IMG/VR virus record: IMGVR_UViG_3300008113_010061
Location: 1 to 60,327 of that record
DNA: 60,327 nt
Reading direction: 5' to 3' (one strand)
Source of the DNA: a virus
Taxonomy: Duplodnaviria > Caudoviricetes
Shown: positions 44,142 through 54,576 of the stretch, one piece after another
Layout: the number at the start of each line of letters is the position of its first letter
Numbering within the stretch: position 1 is the stretch's first letter
Position numbers and translations under genes: made by a program
Notes under the pieces: generated by a model
What the model saw: only the letters and a program-made list of their open reading frames with translations
Told to the model about the DNA's origin: nothing
The model's database searches: none

Positions 44142-45338
44142 ATGGCCAGTATAACACTGCGAATCGACAAGGGCTCGCCGCTTACCAACAGTGAACTCGA
44201 TGACAACTTCCGCCAGCTCAATTTATTAAAGGTTGAGCTCGGCGGTGATCTAGGCGGCGCCACCAGTGCGCCCGTCGTCACCAAACTGCGTGGCAACGCA
44301 GTAAGCTCATTAACGCCCACTACAGGCCAGGTTTTGACCTGGGGTGGCGCGTCATGGATTCCTGCAGCAAACACTACGTATTTTGATTACAACAGCACGA
44401 CATCTGATACCAGCATAGCCAGTCTCACCAGTTCAGTTGGAGCGTTTGGTCAATATTGGTTCAGCAGCAGTGCCATATGGTATTCAGCACTCAGTGTTAC
44501 AGTGCAATCGCCAGGTAATGGAATCAGCACACTTGGAGGATTTACTGAGTTTGAACATTTTAGATTTGAAGGTCTGGGGCAGGTTTGGCTTACCAGCAAG
44601 CAACTTAATTTTTCTAATGCAAAATATATTTCTTTTTACTACATTGCTGGTGATAACAACAATGGCGGCGGCACACCGGATTCATACGATGAAAGTTTAA
44701 TACTACAATACAATACCACAGGCAATACCTGGGTAACGGCTGAAACAGTTCGATATGGATTTGTTGATGGCAATGATCCCAACTACGCAGCTGCAACTGC
44801 TTTTACCTGGCGTAGTTTTGTCTATGACATACCCATAGTAGCACGAACAAGTTCCACCAGAATTCGACTGCTACGACCCAATTCTGGTGCTACCAATGAT
44901 GCAAACTACGGTGTTGCGGATGTACGCATCTACACCGTAAATACACAATCATCTACGCTGACTGTGCAGTCCACACAGACCATATTGGACGACATCAGCA
45001 ATCAGTTCAACAATGTGCAGCAAATATTCCCGCTTCGTGATGACCAGGTAGCCATCATCGAAGGTGTGAACTACACCGACAATAAAGATTTCACAGTCAG
45101 CATCGGAGGAAGAAACTATCGTGCGGCTGTTCCACAAACCACTACGCTGGGGCCATGGATCGTTGATTATACAGCTGAACCCACCTATACCTACAAGGTT
45201 GCGGGCAGCAGAATTATATTTTATCGTGGCATTGAAAATCGTCAGACTGCAGAAATACGGATAAATAATCGATCCGTAAGAAGACAGAAGCGCAAACGCT
45301 ACCCATTTTCAGCCAACAGCATAGTCCTAGGAGATTGA
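44142..45338 (+). CDS. Fibre-like structural protein with reelin-like domain
   Basis: N-terminal LR..KGSPLT..E.D.NF fibre-attachment motif; GQVLTW.G..W.P; LDDIS.QF. Confidence 0.7.
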   Translation: MASITLRIDKGSPLTNSELDDNFRQLNLLKVELGGDLGGATSAPVVTKLRGNAVSSLTPTTGQVLTWGGASWIPAANTTYFDYNSTTSDTSIASLTSSVGAFGQYWFSSSAIWYSALSVTVQSPGNGISTLGGFTEFEHFRFEGLGQVWLTSKQLNFSNAKYISFYYIAGDNNNGGGTPDSYDESLILQYNTTGNTWVTAETVRYGFVDGNDPNYAAATAFTWRSFVYDIPIVARTSSTRIRLLRPNSGATNDANYGVADVRIYTVNTQSSTLTVQSTQTILDDISNQFNNVQQIFPLRDDQVAIIEGVNYTDNKDFTVSIGGRNYRAAVPQTTTLGPWIVDYTAEPTYTYKVAGSRIIFYRGIENRQTAEIRINNRSVRRQKRKRYPFSANSIVLGD

Positions 45339-45341
45339 TTC

Positions 45342-48278
45342 ATGGCGAAACGCATAGTAAGTGAATATTATACATTCAATCCAACAACCAAGACTGTTAC
45401 GATACCCAATCGTATCATTCCCAGGGAGCATCTGCTGCTGGTTGTAAACACCACCAGCAACACTGTACTCTATAATTTTAGTGATCCAGATCTGACGCTG
45501 ACCAGCTATACCGTGCCTTATAGTTCCACAGGCACGCAGTTTGTATTGAACTACAACACCGGCAGCATGAGCGCATCTGATCCCATAATGATCATGGAGG
45601 ATGTGCCAGCGGATCAAATTCAGTTCGATGAAACTGTGAACGATCCCACCAACAAGATTCGTGTGTCGGCTCCAGAAAGCCTGATTGACACCGACTTTGA
45701 ATATGGACTGCAGCCCATTAAATGGGAGAGCCTGAGTCTGCTGCAGAACATGCCGGCATTTTACTACAAAGCCGGTGCAGGTACACTGAACCTAACCACC
45801 GGTGGCATCAGCGGTGGCAATCAGACGCCACGCTCCATCATGACGGTCACCACCGTTGGCAGTCACGGAGTTGTTACTGGCGATCTGGTCAATGTCAGCT
45901 ACACTACAAACAGCGATGCCGAGGGTGTGTTTGCTGTAGTGAGTTCCACGGCCACAACCTTTGGCTATATTGCCAAGGGTCAGATCAACGGCAGTGTATA
46001 TCAAAGTTCCACGATTGTGCAGGCCGGATTTAACTATGATATCAGCGGCGTGCCCATGCGGTTTGTTGTAGCATCAGTGGTGTCAGACAATGCTACCTCC
46101 AACAATGCCGTAACCACGGGCAGCGTAATCACAGTAAACACCACCGGCAAACATGGACTCATGCCTGGCGCGCCTATTTTGGTCAACTCAGCAACCACTG
46201 TAACCATCAACGGAAACTGGAGTGTGTATGACGTGCCCTCGGCTACATCGTTCAGATATGTAACCACCAACATACAGACAGGTACCGCCTCGCCAACTGC
46301 GGGCAATCTGAGCGTCATGCCACGTCCCGAAGGAAACTTCATACATCGACCCAGCGACGGTGGCGTGCTGATCAGCACAGTAAACATACAAGAAGGTGTG
46401 ACGGCCATACGTCAGACTCGACGTTATTTCCGTTATCAGTCAGGCAAGGGCCTGGCCATGAGCACCGGTACTAAATTTACTCCACATTTTGACATCAACA
46501 CCATAACCTCGGTGGGCACTTCGGTTACTCTTACTGCGCAGCAGCTTCCTGGCATTACCTCGGGAGTCAGCATTGTGGTTGAAAACGTCGAAGTAAATCG
46601 TGGCGCCACCGACATCTACAATGGCACATTTACTGTGACCAATGTTGCAAGTTTTACCACAGGTCGTGTCATAACCTACAATGCTGCCGGCAGCAGTACT
46701 GACACCAGTCCCGGGGGCACCAATGCTCAGCTGGTGATAAAAAACTGGAAAGGCGCTGTAAGCCGTACTGGTATGTTTGACGCGCAGAATGGTTTCTTCT
46801 ATGAGTACGATGGTGCTACGCTGTTTGCCGTACGCCGACACAGCATTAAAGAGCTCATGGGCACTATAACCGCCACCAGCGGATCAACCACCATAACTGG
46901 TGTCAACACCAAGTTTCACAAACAATTAACAGCTGGCGATTACGTTGTAATTCGCGGTCAAAGTTATCAGGTTGTCAGCATTGATACTGCCACCAGCATG
47001 GAAGTCAGCCCAGCCTATCGTGCAGCCACAGCCAGTGGTCTGAGAATCAACGTCACGCAGGACATCAAGATTCCACAGAGTTCCTGGAACTTGGATCGTT
47101 GTGATGGCACTGGGCCCAGTGGTTATAATCTAGACATTGGCAAGATGCAGATGTGCTACATTGACTATACCTGGTATGGTGCGGGTTTTGTGCGTTTTGG
47201 ATTCCGAATGACCAATGGCAATGTTATTTACGCACACAAGATAGCCAACAACAATGTAAACAATCAGGCCTATATGCGCAGCGGTAACCTGCCGGCGCGC
47301 TATGAAGTCAGCAATCTGGGACCATACTCTAAATTGGTGTCGGGCAGCACGGCCACCGCAGGGCAAAACTTACTTAGCAGCGACACCACCATGGTGATTG
47401 AAGATGCTGAATATTGGCCCGCTAGCGGTAAAATTTTAGTTCAACAGGGCGCCAATGTTGAAGTCATGAGCTACGGCAGCAAGGCACAGAACTCCAGCAT
47501 TACTGGAACCTGGAATCTCATAGGTCTGGATCGCCGAGCTGCAGGTGGTAGTACCAGTAATTTAACTTTTATTCCTACAGAATTTGATGGTGGTGTGCTT
47601 GGTACTAGTTCTCAGTGCAGCATAACCTACATTGACTGTAACTGTGCGCCCACCATACAACACTGGGGTACCAGCGTGATCATGGATGGTGGTTATGACG
47701 ATGACCGCAGCATTGTATTTGCCTATGCACGTCTGACATCCTTGACCACCATTGCTGCCAACACCAGCGTTGCCGTACTGAGCATACGTCTCGCACCCAG
47801 CGTGGACAACAGTATCGCCGGTGCTTTTGGTACCAAAGAAGTAATTAACCGCATGCAGCTACAGATGCGCAGCATGGGCCTGGTGTGCAATACATCGGTG
47901 CAGGTTCTGGGTATTCTTAATCCAAGTTCGTTTGGTGGAAGCACTGCGCCAGTGTTCCCAGCTAGCTGGAGTTATACCAGCATTGTTACTCAGATTGGTG
48001 CAGGCAGCCTGGCACAGATCATTGATCATACTGGTAACACAACAACTGTGACTGGCGGTGAACAAATTTTTGGTTTCGTTACTGGTTCCGGTGGTGACAC
48101 CTATGACATTAGCAACGTTCGCGATCTGGGTGCCAGCATCGTCAGTGGCGATGGTAGTGCCAAGACACCGGGATTTCCCAATGGACCAGACATGCTGACC
48201 ATTGTGTTGCGAAATGCCAACGCTGGTCCAGCTGTTGTCACCAACATGCGTCTAAGCTGGACCGAAGCACAGGCCTAA
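45342..48278 (+). CDS. Large virion structural protein (978 aa)
   Basis: GGAG RBS; DP..K.RVS.P..LIDTDFEYGLQP.KWE, RQT.RYFRYQSGKG, D..DGTGPSGY.LD..KMQM..IDY.WYGAG, AYMRSGNLPARYE, ends LSW.EAQA. Confidence 0.8.
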   Translation: MAKRIVSEYYTFNPTTKTVTIPNRIIPREHLLLVVNTTSNTVLYNFSDPDLTLTSYTVPYSSTGTQFVLNYNTGSMSASDPIMIMEDVPADQIQFDETVNDPTNKIRVSAPESLIDTDFEYGLQPIKWESLSLLQNMPAFYYKAGAGTLNLTTGGISGGNQTPRSIMTVTTVGSHGVVTGDLVNVSYTTNSDAEGVFAVVSSTATTFGYIAKGQINGSVYQSSTIVQAGFNYDISGVPMRFVVASVVSDNATSNNAVTTGSVITVNTTGKHGLMPGAPILVNSATTVTINGNWSVYDVPSATSFRYVTTNIQTGTASPTAGNLSVMPRPEGNFIHRPSDGGVLISTVNIQEGVTAIRQTRRYFRYQSGKGLAMSTGTKFTPHFDINTITSVGTSVTLTAQQLPGITSGVSIVVENVEVNRGATDIYNGTFTVTNVASFTTGRVITYNAAGSSTDTSPGGTNAQLVIKNWKGAVSRTGMFDAQNGFFYEYDGATLFAVRRHSIKELMGTITATSGSTTITGVNTKFHKQLTAGDYVVIRGQSYQVVSIDTATSMEVSPAYRAATASGLRINVTQDIKIPQSSWNLDRCDGTGPSGYNLDIGKMQMCYIDYTWYGAGFVRFGFRMTNGNVIYAHKIANNNVNNQAYMRSGNLPARYEVSNLGPYSKLVSGSTATAGQNLLSSDTTMVIEDAEYWPASGKILVQQGANVEVMSYGSKAQNSSITGTWNLIGLDRRAAGGSTSNLTFIPTEFDGGVLGTSSQCSITYIDCNCAPTIQHWGTSVIMDGGYDDDRSIVFAYARLTSLTTIAANTSVAVLSIRLAPSVDNSIAGAFGTKEVINRMQLQMRSMGLVCNTSVQVLGILNPSSFGGSTAPVFPASWSYTSIVTQIGAGSLAQIIDHTGNTTTVTGGEQIFGFVTGSGGDTYDISNVRDLGASIVSGDGSAKTPGFPNGPDMLTIVLRNANAGPAVVTNMRLSWTEAQA

Positions 48279-48287
48279 GGAGCAGAC

Positions 48288-49031
48288 ATGGCAGTATCTA
48301 GCAGACAAGGACTTATTGACTATTGCTTGCGTGAGCTCGGTCATCCTGTGGTGGAAATCAACGTCGATGACGATCAAGTTTCGGATCGCATCGACGAAGC
48401 ATTTCAGTTCTATCAGGATTACCACTATGATGCCGTGGAGCGGGTATACCTGAAACATCTGGTTACCAGCAGCAATCAGACCAATGCCTACATTGATCTA
48501 GACGATAGCATCATAGGCGTAGTGCGCATCCTGCCCTTCAGTGCCATCAACACTGGCCAGGCCTACATGTGGGACATACGCTATCAGCTGCGTCTCAACG
48601 ATATGTTTGATTTGTTGAACACGTCGATCATCTACTATGAGCAGGTCAAACAACAACTAGCGTTGATTGATCAGCTGCTGGTGGGTAGCAAGAGTTTCCG
48701 TTTCCAGCGTCACATGAATCGACTCTACATTGACATGGGCTGGACCACGGACATCACCGAAGGTGAGTACATCATTGTGGAAGCCTACAAGATACTGGAT
48801 CCCAACACCTATACCGACGTCTACAATGATCGTTTCTTAAAACGCTATGCCACAGCGCTGATCAAACGTCAATGGGGCGCCAACCTTAAAAAGTTCGAAG
48901 GCATACAGATGCCCGGCGGTGTGACCTTGAACGGTCAGAAGATCTATGACGAAGCCATGGCTGAAATTCAGACCTTGGAAGTAGAAATGCAGAGCAGCTA
49001 TGTCGAGCCTCCAAACTTCATGATGGGATAA
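48288..49031 (+). CDS. gp13: Neck protein gp13
   Basis: SR..LIDYCLR.LG.PV.EINVDDDQ..DRIDEA.Q....YH.D, ND.FLK.Y.TALIK.QWG.NL.KF.G..PGGV.LNG. Confidence 0.95.
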   Translation: MAVSSRQGLIDYCLRELGHPVVEINVDDDQVSDRIDEAFQFYQDYHYDAVERVYLKHLVTSSNQTNAYIDLDDSIIGVVRILPFSAINTGQAYMWDIRYQLRLNDMFDLLNTSIIYYEQVKQQLALIDQLLVGSKSFRFQRHMNRLYIDMGWTTDITEGEYIIVEAYKILDPNTYTDVYNDRFLKRYATALIKRQWGANLKKFEGIQMPGGVTLNGQKIYDEAMAEIQTLEVEMQSSYVEPPNFMMG

Positions 49032-49034
49032 TAC

Positions 49035-49805
49035 ATGGCCACCAACTTCTATTTTCAGAGTGGTGTGCCTGGAGGCCGTACCAGCGAACAACGCCTCATA
49101 GAAAATTTAATCACAGAAAGCATCAAGATCTATGGTTTTGATGTCTACTACCTGCCCCGCACCGAAGTCAATGAAGATACCTTCTTTGCCGATGATGCTC
49201 TGAGCAAGTTTGACAATGCCTTGCCCCTGGAAATGTATCTGGAGAATGTCGACGGTTTCGGCGGCGAAGGCGAGCTCATGAGTAAATTTGGCATCGAGCT
49301 GCGTGAAACCGCTACCTTTGTGCTGGTGCGCGGTCGCTGGGACGATGTTGTTGGCAAGGGCCGCGGCAGTCTGATACCCCTGCCTAATCGTCCAGCCGAA
49401 GGTGATTTAATTTATCTGCCCTTGACCCGCAGTTATTTTGAAATTAAAAAGGTAGAAACCAAGGACCCATTTTACCAGCTGGGCAAGCTCTATGTCTACA
49501 AACTCTACTGTGAACTCTATCAGTACAGCTCAGAGCGTTTCGATACCGGCATAGCCGAAGTCGACAGCATAGAAGATCAGCTGAGCCAGGACACCGATCT
49601 CTATGGATTGGTGTTAGAAACTGGAGATCGTCTGCTGTTGGATACACCGGCCTGGCTGGATGCTGATGCTGGTCAACTGTTGTTCGAAGGTTATACCGTC
49701 AAAGGCCAGGATGCACTCAGCGACAATCTGGACTTCAATGCCGAAGCTCTGGACATACTGGACTTCTCAACCATCAACCCTTTTGGTGAAGTGGCCACAC
49801 GATAA
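49035..49805 (+). CDS. gp14: Neck protein gp14
   Basis: EQ.L.E.L..ESIKIYG.DVYYLPR, EMY.EN..GF.G......KFG, RP.EGDLIY.P, PFYQLGK, DFS..NPFG. Confidence 0.95.
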   Translation: MATNFYFQSGVPGGRTSEQRLIENLITESIKIYGFDVYYLPRTEVNEDTFFADDALSKFDNALPLEMYLENVDGFGGEGELMSKFGIELRETATFVLVRGRWDDVVGKGRGSLIPLPNRPAEGDLIYLPLTRSYFEIKKVETKDPFYQLGKLYVYKLYCELYQYSSERFDTGIAEVDSIEDQLSQDTDLYGLVLETGDRLLLDTPAWLDADAGQLLFEGYTVKGQDALSDNLDFNAEALDILDFSTINPFGEVATR

Positions 49806-50563
49806 TGTTTGAAAACAAAGTATTCTATCACAGCATAACACGCAAAGCCATCATAGCCTTTGGCGTAATGTTCAACAATCTGCAGATACGACGCCGAGAT
49901 GCCAGCGGCAACGTGGTGCAGAGTCTGCGTGTACCCTTGGCCTATGCACCCAAGAACAAAATGCTGACTCGCATAGCACAGTTGCCCGATGCCGACATTG
50001 CACGTCAACAGGTGCAGCTGCCCAGACTCAGCTTTGAAGTCATAGCCTTTGAATACGATGGCGCTCGTAAAATCAACAACATGAATCCCACCAGTGCCAC
50101 AGTAAGTCAAACTCAGGCCAAGCGAGTCTACGGACCCACGCCCTATAACCTGACTGTGAATCTCTATGCCTATGCTAAAAATCAAGACGATGGGCTGCAG
50201 ATTTTTGAACAGATTGCGCCTGCGTTCAATCCTGATTTCAATGTCACAGTAAACTACATACCTGAGTTAAACATCAAACATGATCTGCCCATCATTTTAA
50301 ACAGTGTAAGTTTTCAAGACGACTTCGAAGGAGAAATACAGAATCGTCGGGTAATACTCTGGACCTATACTTTTACTTTGAAGCTCTACTACTACGGACC
50401 CATAGAGCGTCAGACCATAATTCGCAGCGCCGTGGCCAACATCTTCAATGATCCCAACCTGGAGCAACAATTGGCTAAATATACCGAAACCACAGACCCT
50501 GTGGACGCGTTGCCATCCGATGACTTTGACTTTATTGGCACCACCGACGAAAGCACTTATTAA
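49805..50563 (+). CDS. gp15: Tail sheath stabiliser gp15
   Basis: FYH...RK.I.AFG..FNN..I.R, VPLAY.P..K, LPR.SFE, D.LQI.EQI.P.F.P, D.PI.L.S, W...FT.K...YGP. Confidence 0.95.
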   Translation: MFENKVFYHSITRKAIIAFGVMFNNLQIRRRDASGNVVQSLRVPLAYAPKNKMLTRIAQLPDADIARQQVQLPRLSFEVIAFEYDGARKINNMNPTSATVSQTQAKRVYGPTPYNLTVNLYAYAKNQDDGLQIFEQIAPAFNPDFNVTVNYIPELNIKHDLPIILNSVSFQDDFEGEIQNRRVILWTYTFTLKLYYYGPIERQTIIRSAVANIFNDPNLEQQLAKYTETTDPVDALPSDDFDFIGTTDESTY

Positions 50564-50576
50564 ATAGGACACACCC

Positions 50577-52412
50577 ATGTCATTACAATTAATTAATCTT
50601 GGTACACCCAACAACAACGACGGCGACAGTCTGTACGCAGGCGGTGCCAAGATCAATTCTAATTTCACTGAGATTTACACACAGCTGGCCGGAGGGGCTA
50701 CCAATGCTCTGCGCATCGATGTTGGATCGTCAGGCTTTATTGGTTCGCCAGTCACCGGCGATGTGTTGGGCTGGAGTCCATTCAACGCCAAATTTATTCC
50801 CAGTTCCAGCACCATGTTGAAAACACTGGCTGGCAATGGTAGTTCAGTGCTGATTTTAACCAACAACACCGGCAAGGCCGGCACCGACGAAGAATATACA
50901 GGCACGCCCAATGCCTTGGAATTGTCGATCAATGGACGTCGGCTCTGGAATTTCTATGCGTCTACCACAGGATCAACGGCCAATACACGGGGTACCTGGC
51001 TCATAGGCATGGGCAATCCTGGTGCTACTAGCCTGGCCATCAGCACCCGCGGAGTAACTGTTGCTGGTGTAGAGGGACTGACAATTTGTCGTCAGGCCAA
51101 CGAAGATGATACGGTAAGCAGTCTGTTGCTGAGTTCAGGTTCGTCGGGCATAATTCTGTATCAGACGCCCCTCATCAACAGCACAAACTACAAACCACCA
51201 TCGGACAGCAGTGGTGCAGTAGTACACAGCGGGTTTGTACAAGAAGCCATATCCAGACGTGAGTTTGCCTATGGCACCAGCACCATAACTGGTGCACAGG
51301 CTCTGGCCGGCGGCGGAAGCCTGGCCACTAATCGCGAACTCTACATGAACATGAACTATGTGCGTGGCTGGATCAACGGACTAAGCTACAATTTTCGCGG
51401 TGCCAGCGATGCACTTGTAGTACAACCTGGATCTGCAGCACACTATAGTTTTAGCACCACAGGCGCTACTGTGATCAACAGCAACGATGTATCGGCCTTT
51501 GTCGCAGTAAGCAGTGAACTGGTGCGTATTTTTGATAATACTGCTGCCTGGGCATTCAACAATACTCAGGCCTGCCTGGACACCATAGTTGCCGCTACCT
51601 GGTACTATGTGTTTCTAATCTGTGAAGGTACTACGGGTGCGCCAGATTTTGTGGTGTCCAACAGTGCCAGTTATACAACAACTCAGGCAAAATTAAACGC
51701 TGCCAGCGGCGGCAGTGCCTATGAAGTGGTGCGACGATTGGGCTGCCTGAGAACAAGTTTTGGCAACATTGATCCCATGCCGTTCGTCACCATGGCTGAT
51801 GCCGGAGGAAATTTAAAATTTTCCTATGCACATCCTGGCATGGCATTTAACTACAGCAGTTCTGCGGCATTCATTGGACCCACTACTGCAGGGTCTGCAG
51901 GCAGCACTACGAGTTTTGTAGTAACCACCCAAACCACGTTGCCATTTCCACCTATTCGAGGATTGATCAGCAGTTCCACTGCTACTACTGCCAGTGTGGC
52001 ATTGTTTAGTTCAGTACTGGTGCGCTGGATTCCACCCATGCCGGGCATCACTGCCGACATCAATGTTGTGCATATTTCAACCGTAGTAACCAATCATGTG
52101 GCCTTCTTTGGTGAGCCCTGGGCCAGTTCTGCCGCATTTACCTATGCCGTAGATGCCGCAGGTCAGACACCACCTACACAGATCATCAGAGAAAATGTAG
52201 CCAACGTAACTTCGGTGCATGCACGAATTTTGTCTATATCACCAGGCAATGATATAATTTCCGATGCACAGGTGGCAGGCACCGCAGTGTGGGACAGCAC
52301 TTCGGGCACCAATCTGCGGTATGTGGTGGTCAATCAGGCAGCTGGCAACACCTCACTGCAGACGCCCACAGCCTTGGGTTTCGATGTTCGGAGCTTTACA
52401 ATTGCAAGATAA
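50577..52412 (+). CDS. Fibre/baseplate-associated protein with gp9/gp10-type N-terminal motif
   Basis: Starts QLINLGT.NN.DGDSL..GG.KIN.NF.EIY; later LD......TWYYVFLI. Confidence 0.65.
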   Translation: MSLQLINLGTPNNNDGDSLYAGGAKINSNFTEIYTQLAGGATNALRIDVGSSGFIGSPVTGDVLGWSPFNAKFIPSSSTMLKTLAGNGSSVLILTNNTGKAGTDEEYTGTPNALELSINGRRLWNFYASTTGSTANTRGTWLIGMGNPGATSLAISTRGVTVAGVEGLTICRQANEDDTVSSLLLSSGSSGIILYQTPLINSTNYKPPSDSSGAVVHSGFVQEAISRREFAYGTSTITGAQALAGGGSLATNRELYMNMNYVRGWINGLSYNFRGASDALVVQPGSAAHYSFSTTGATVINSNDVSAFVAVSSELVRIFDNTAAWAFNNTQACLDTIVAATWYYVFLICEGTTGAPDFVVSNSASYTTTQAKLNAASGGSAYEVVRRLGCLRTSFGNIDPMPFVTMADAGGNLKFSYAHPGMAFNYSSSAAFIGPTTAGSAGSTTSFVVTTQTTLPFPPIRGLISSSTATTASVALFSSVLVRWIPPMPGITADINVVHISTVVTNHVAFFGEPWASSAAFTYAVDAAGQTPPTQIIRENVANVTSVHARILSISPGNDIISDAQVAGTAVWDSTSGTNLRYVVVNQAAGNTSLQTPTALGFDVRSFTIAR

Positions 52413-52842
52413 AAACGTATTTGCTGCTTTGGACAGCAAATTTAACACACCGGCATCAACTCTGCCTGTTAACATTGATGCAGGCCTGCCGGTGGCCACC
52501 AAGGTTGAAGACGACTTTGACCAGGCACGCAATACCCTGCGCAATCTCATCACCAAGGGCGAGGCTGCGCTGGATGGCATGATGGATGTAGCCCGACAGA
52601 GCGACCATCCTCGTGCCTATGAAGTAACTGGGCAGCTCATCAAGACCGTGGCCGAGACTGCCAAGGATCTGCTGGCACTGCAGAAGGCGCGCAGGGATCT
52701 GCAGGACCCCGAAGAAAATAAACCACAGCAGATTGGCACACAGAACAACATAGTGTTTGCGGGTTCCACCAATGAATTGCTCAAGGCGCTGAGAGCCAAG
52801 AATGAAAATATAATCGATGCTGATTCGCAGAAATCGTCCTAG
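52402..52842 (+). CDS. gp16: Terminase small subunit gp16
   Basis: DDF..AR..L..LI.KG..AL......A..S.HPRAYEV...LIK......DLL.LQ, NNIVF.GST.EL.K.L. TTG 52402 (GGAG at 52390) is a more plausible start than 52264. Confidence 0.9.
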   Translation: MQDKNVFAALDSKFNTPASTLPVNIDAGLPVATKVEDDFDQARNTLRNLITKGEAALDGMMDVARQSDHPRAYEVTGQLIKTVAETAKDLLALQKARRDLQDPEENKPQQIGTQNNIVFAGSTNELLKALRAKNENIIDADSQKSS

Positions 52843-54502
52843 CTACAACGGCAACAGCAATCTAAAGCAGATTGGATTTGCCTTTGACTTTGAACCCTGG
52901 CACATCGAAGAAATTGCGCACTGCATCGACGATCCCATATACTTCATAGAGAGCTACTGCAAGATTGTGAGCCTGGATCGAGGCCTAGTGCCCTTCAAGC
53001 TCTATGAATGTCAAAAAGAAAAAGTCAACGTCATATTGAACAACCGCAAGGTTATATTGATGGAAGGACGTCAGCAGGGCAAGACCATTACGTCGGCGGC
53101 CTGCATTCTGTGGTACACCTTATTCCAGGACAACAAGACCGTAGCCATACTAGCCAACAAGGCTGCAGCGGCTCGTGAAGTCATGAGCCGTTATCAGGCC
53201 ATGTATGAAAATCTGCCTCTGTGGTTACAACAGGGTGTGAAGGAATGGAACAAGGGCAGCATAGAATTGGAGAACGGTTCAAAGGTATTTACTGCGGCCA
53301 CAGCGGCATCGGGTATCCGCGGTAAGTCCGTGAACTGGTTGTACATCGACGAAGCCGCCATCATACCCAACAACATAGCCGAAGAGTTCTTCACAGCCAC
53401 CTATCCAACCATCATGGCCGGTGAGACCACCAAGGTGCTGATGAGTTCAACACCCCTGGGCTACAATCACTTCTGGAAGTTCTGGAACGATGCCGAGCAG
53501 GGACTCAACGATTTTGTGCGTCTGTTCATACCCTATACTTCCATACCTGGCCGCGATGAACGCTGGGCCAACGAACAAAAAGGCGTGCTGGGCGAAGTTA
53601 AATTTACTCAGGAGGTGCTGTGCAACTTCCTAGGCTCCAGCTATACCCTGCTGGATGCCGACACACTGGGTCGCATGAGCCCCAAGAAACCCATCTATAC
53701 CTCGGGCAATCTGGATGTCTATGCCGAGCCTGTGCGTCAAGAAGTCGATGCCGCGGGCAAGGTTATTACACCTGCGGGCAACTACTGCGTGGTGGTGGAC
53801 ACCAGCCGTGGCGTGGGCGGAGACTACAGCGCCTTTGTAGTCATAGACATTACTTCGGCTCCCTACACAGTAGTGGCCAAGTATCGTGACAACAAGATTG
53901 CGCCCATGCTGTATCCCAGCATCATACATACAGTAGCGCGTAACTACAACAATGCCTATGTTCTGGTGGAAATCAATGACAATGGTCAGCAGATAGCCGA
54001 CATTTTATACCACGAAATGGAGTATGAAAATCTGCTGTGGTGTAATCGCGATGGCACCAAGGGACAGGTTGTCAGTGGTGGCTTTGCAGGCCGCACAGTT
54101 CAGCCCGGCGTGCGCACCGACAAAAAGGTCAAACGCATAGGCTGCAGCCAGCTCAAGACTCTGGTGGAAGGGCAACGACTGCTGGTCTGGGATCGTGACA
54201 TCATTTCGGAATTCTCAACCTTTGTGGAAGTCAAGGACAGCTATGCTGCCGACGAAGGTTACCACGATGATCTGGTGATGCCCCTGGTGCTGTTTGGTTG
54301 GCTGACCACCAACCCATACTTTCGCGACATGACCAATCTGAATATTCGCGAAAACATGTTTGAAAATCAGATTCGACAGATAGAAGACGAACTCACACCA
54401 TTTGGTTTTATCGACGATGGGCGTGAGGCTGAAAAACCCGAACAGTTCATGGAAGCCGGAGATCTCTGGACTGTTCAAAAATCTTCAACAAACTGGCTCT
54501 AA
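52817..54502 (+). CDS. gp17: Terminase large subunit gp17
   Basis: Walker A GRQQGKT, ILANK..AARE, Walker B YIDEAA, SSTP.G.NHF, VD.SRG.G.DYSAF, HDDLVM. Confidence 0.98.
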   Translation: MLIRRNRPSYNGNSNLKQIGFAFDFEPWHIEEIAHCIDDPIYFIESYCKIVSLDRGLVPFKLYECQKEKVNVILNNRKVILMEGRQQGKTITSAACILWYTLFQDNKTVAILANKAAAAREVMSRYQAMYENLPLWLQQGVKEWNKGSIELENGSKVFTAATAASGIRGKSVNWLYIDEAAIIPNNIAEEFFTATYPTIMAGETTKVLMSSTPLGYNHFWKFWNDAEQGLNDFVRLFIPYTSIPGRDERWANEQKGVLGEVKFTQEVLCNFLGSSYTLLDADTLGRMSPKKPIYTSGNLDVYAEPVRQEVDAAGKVITPAGNYCVVVDTSRGVGGDYSAFVVIDITSAPYTVVAKYRDNKIAPMLYPSIIHTVARNYNNAYVLVEINDNGQQIADILYHEMEYENLLWCNRDGTKGQVVSGGFAGRTVQPGVRTDKKVKRIGCSQLKTLVEGQRLLVWDRDIISEFSTFVEVKDSYAADEGYHDDLVMPLVLFGWLTTNPYFRDMTNLNIRENMFENQIRQIEDELTPFGFIDDGREAEKPEQFMEAGDLWTVQKSSTNWL

Positions 54503-54513
54503 ATTAGGGAACA

Positions 54514-54521
54514 TATAAATA
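54514..54521 (+). promoter_or_regulatory. Late promoter TATAAATA before gp18
   Basis: Exact consensus in the intergenic region, followed by AAGGAG RBS. Confidence 0.8.
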
Positions 54522-54576
54522 AAGATGATCCCGAAATTCCTGGTTCAACGTTGAAGGTTTATACAAGGAGATTACC

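Noticed and set aside
52264-52401. N-terminal extension of gp16
   Set aside because: It overlaps the 611-aa gene and looks like off-frame sequence; TTG 52402 has an RBS.
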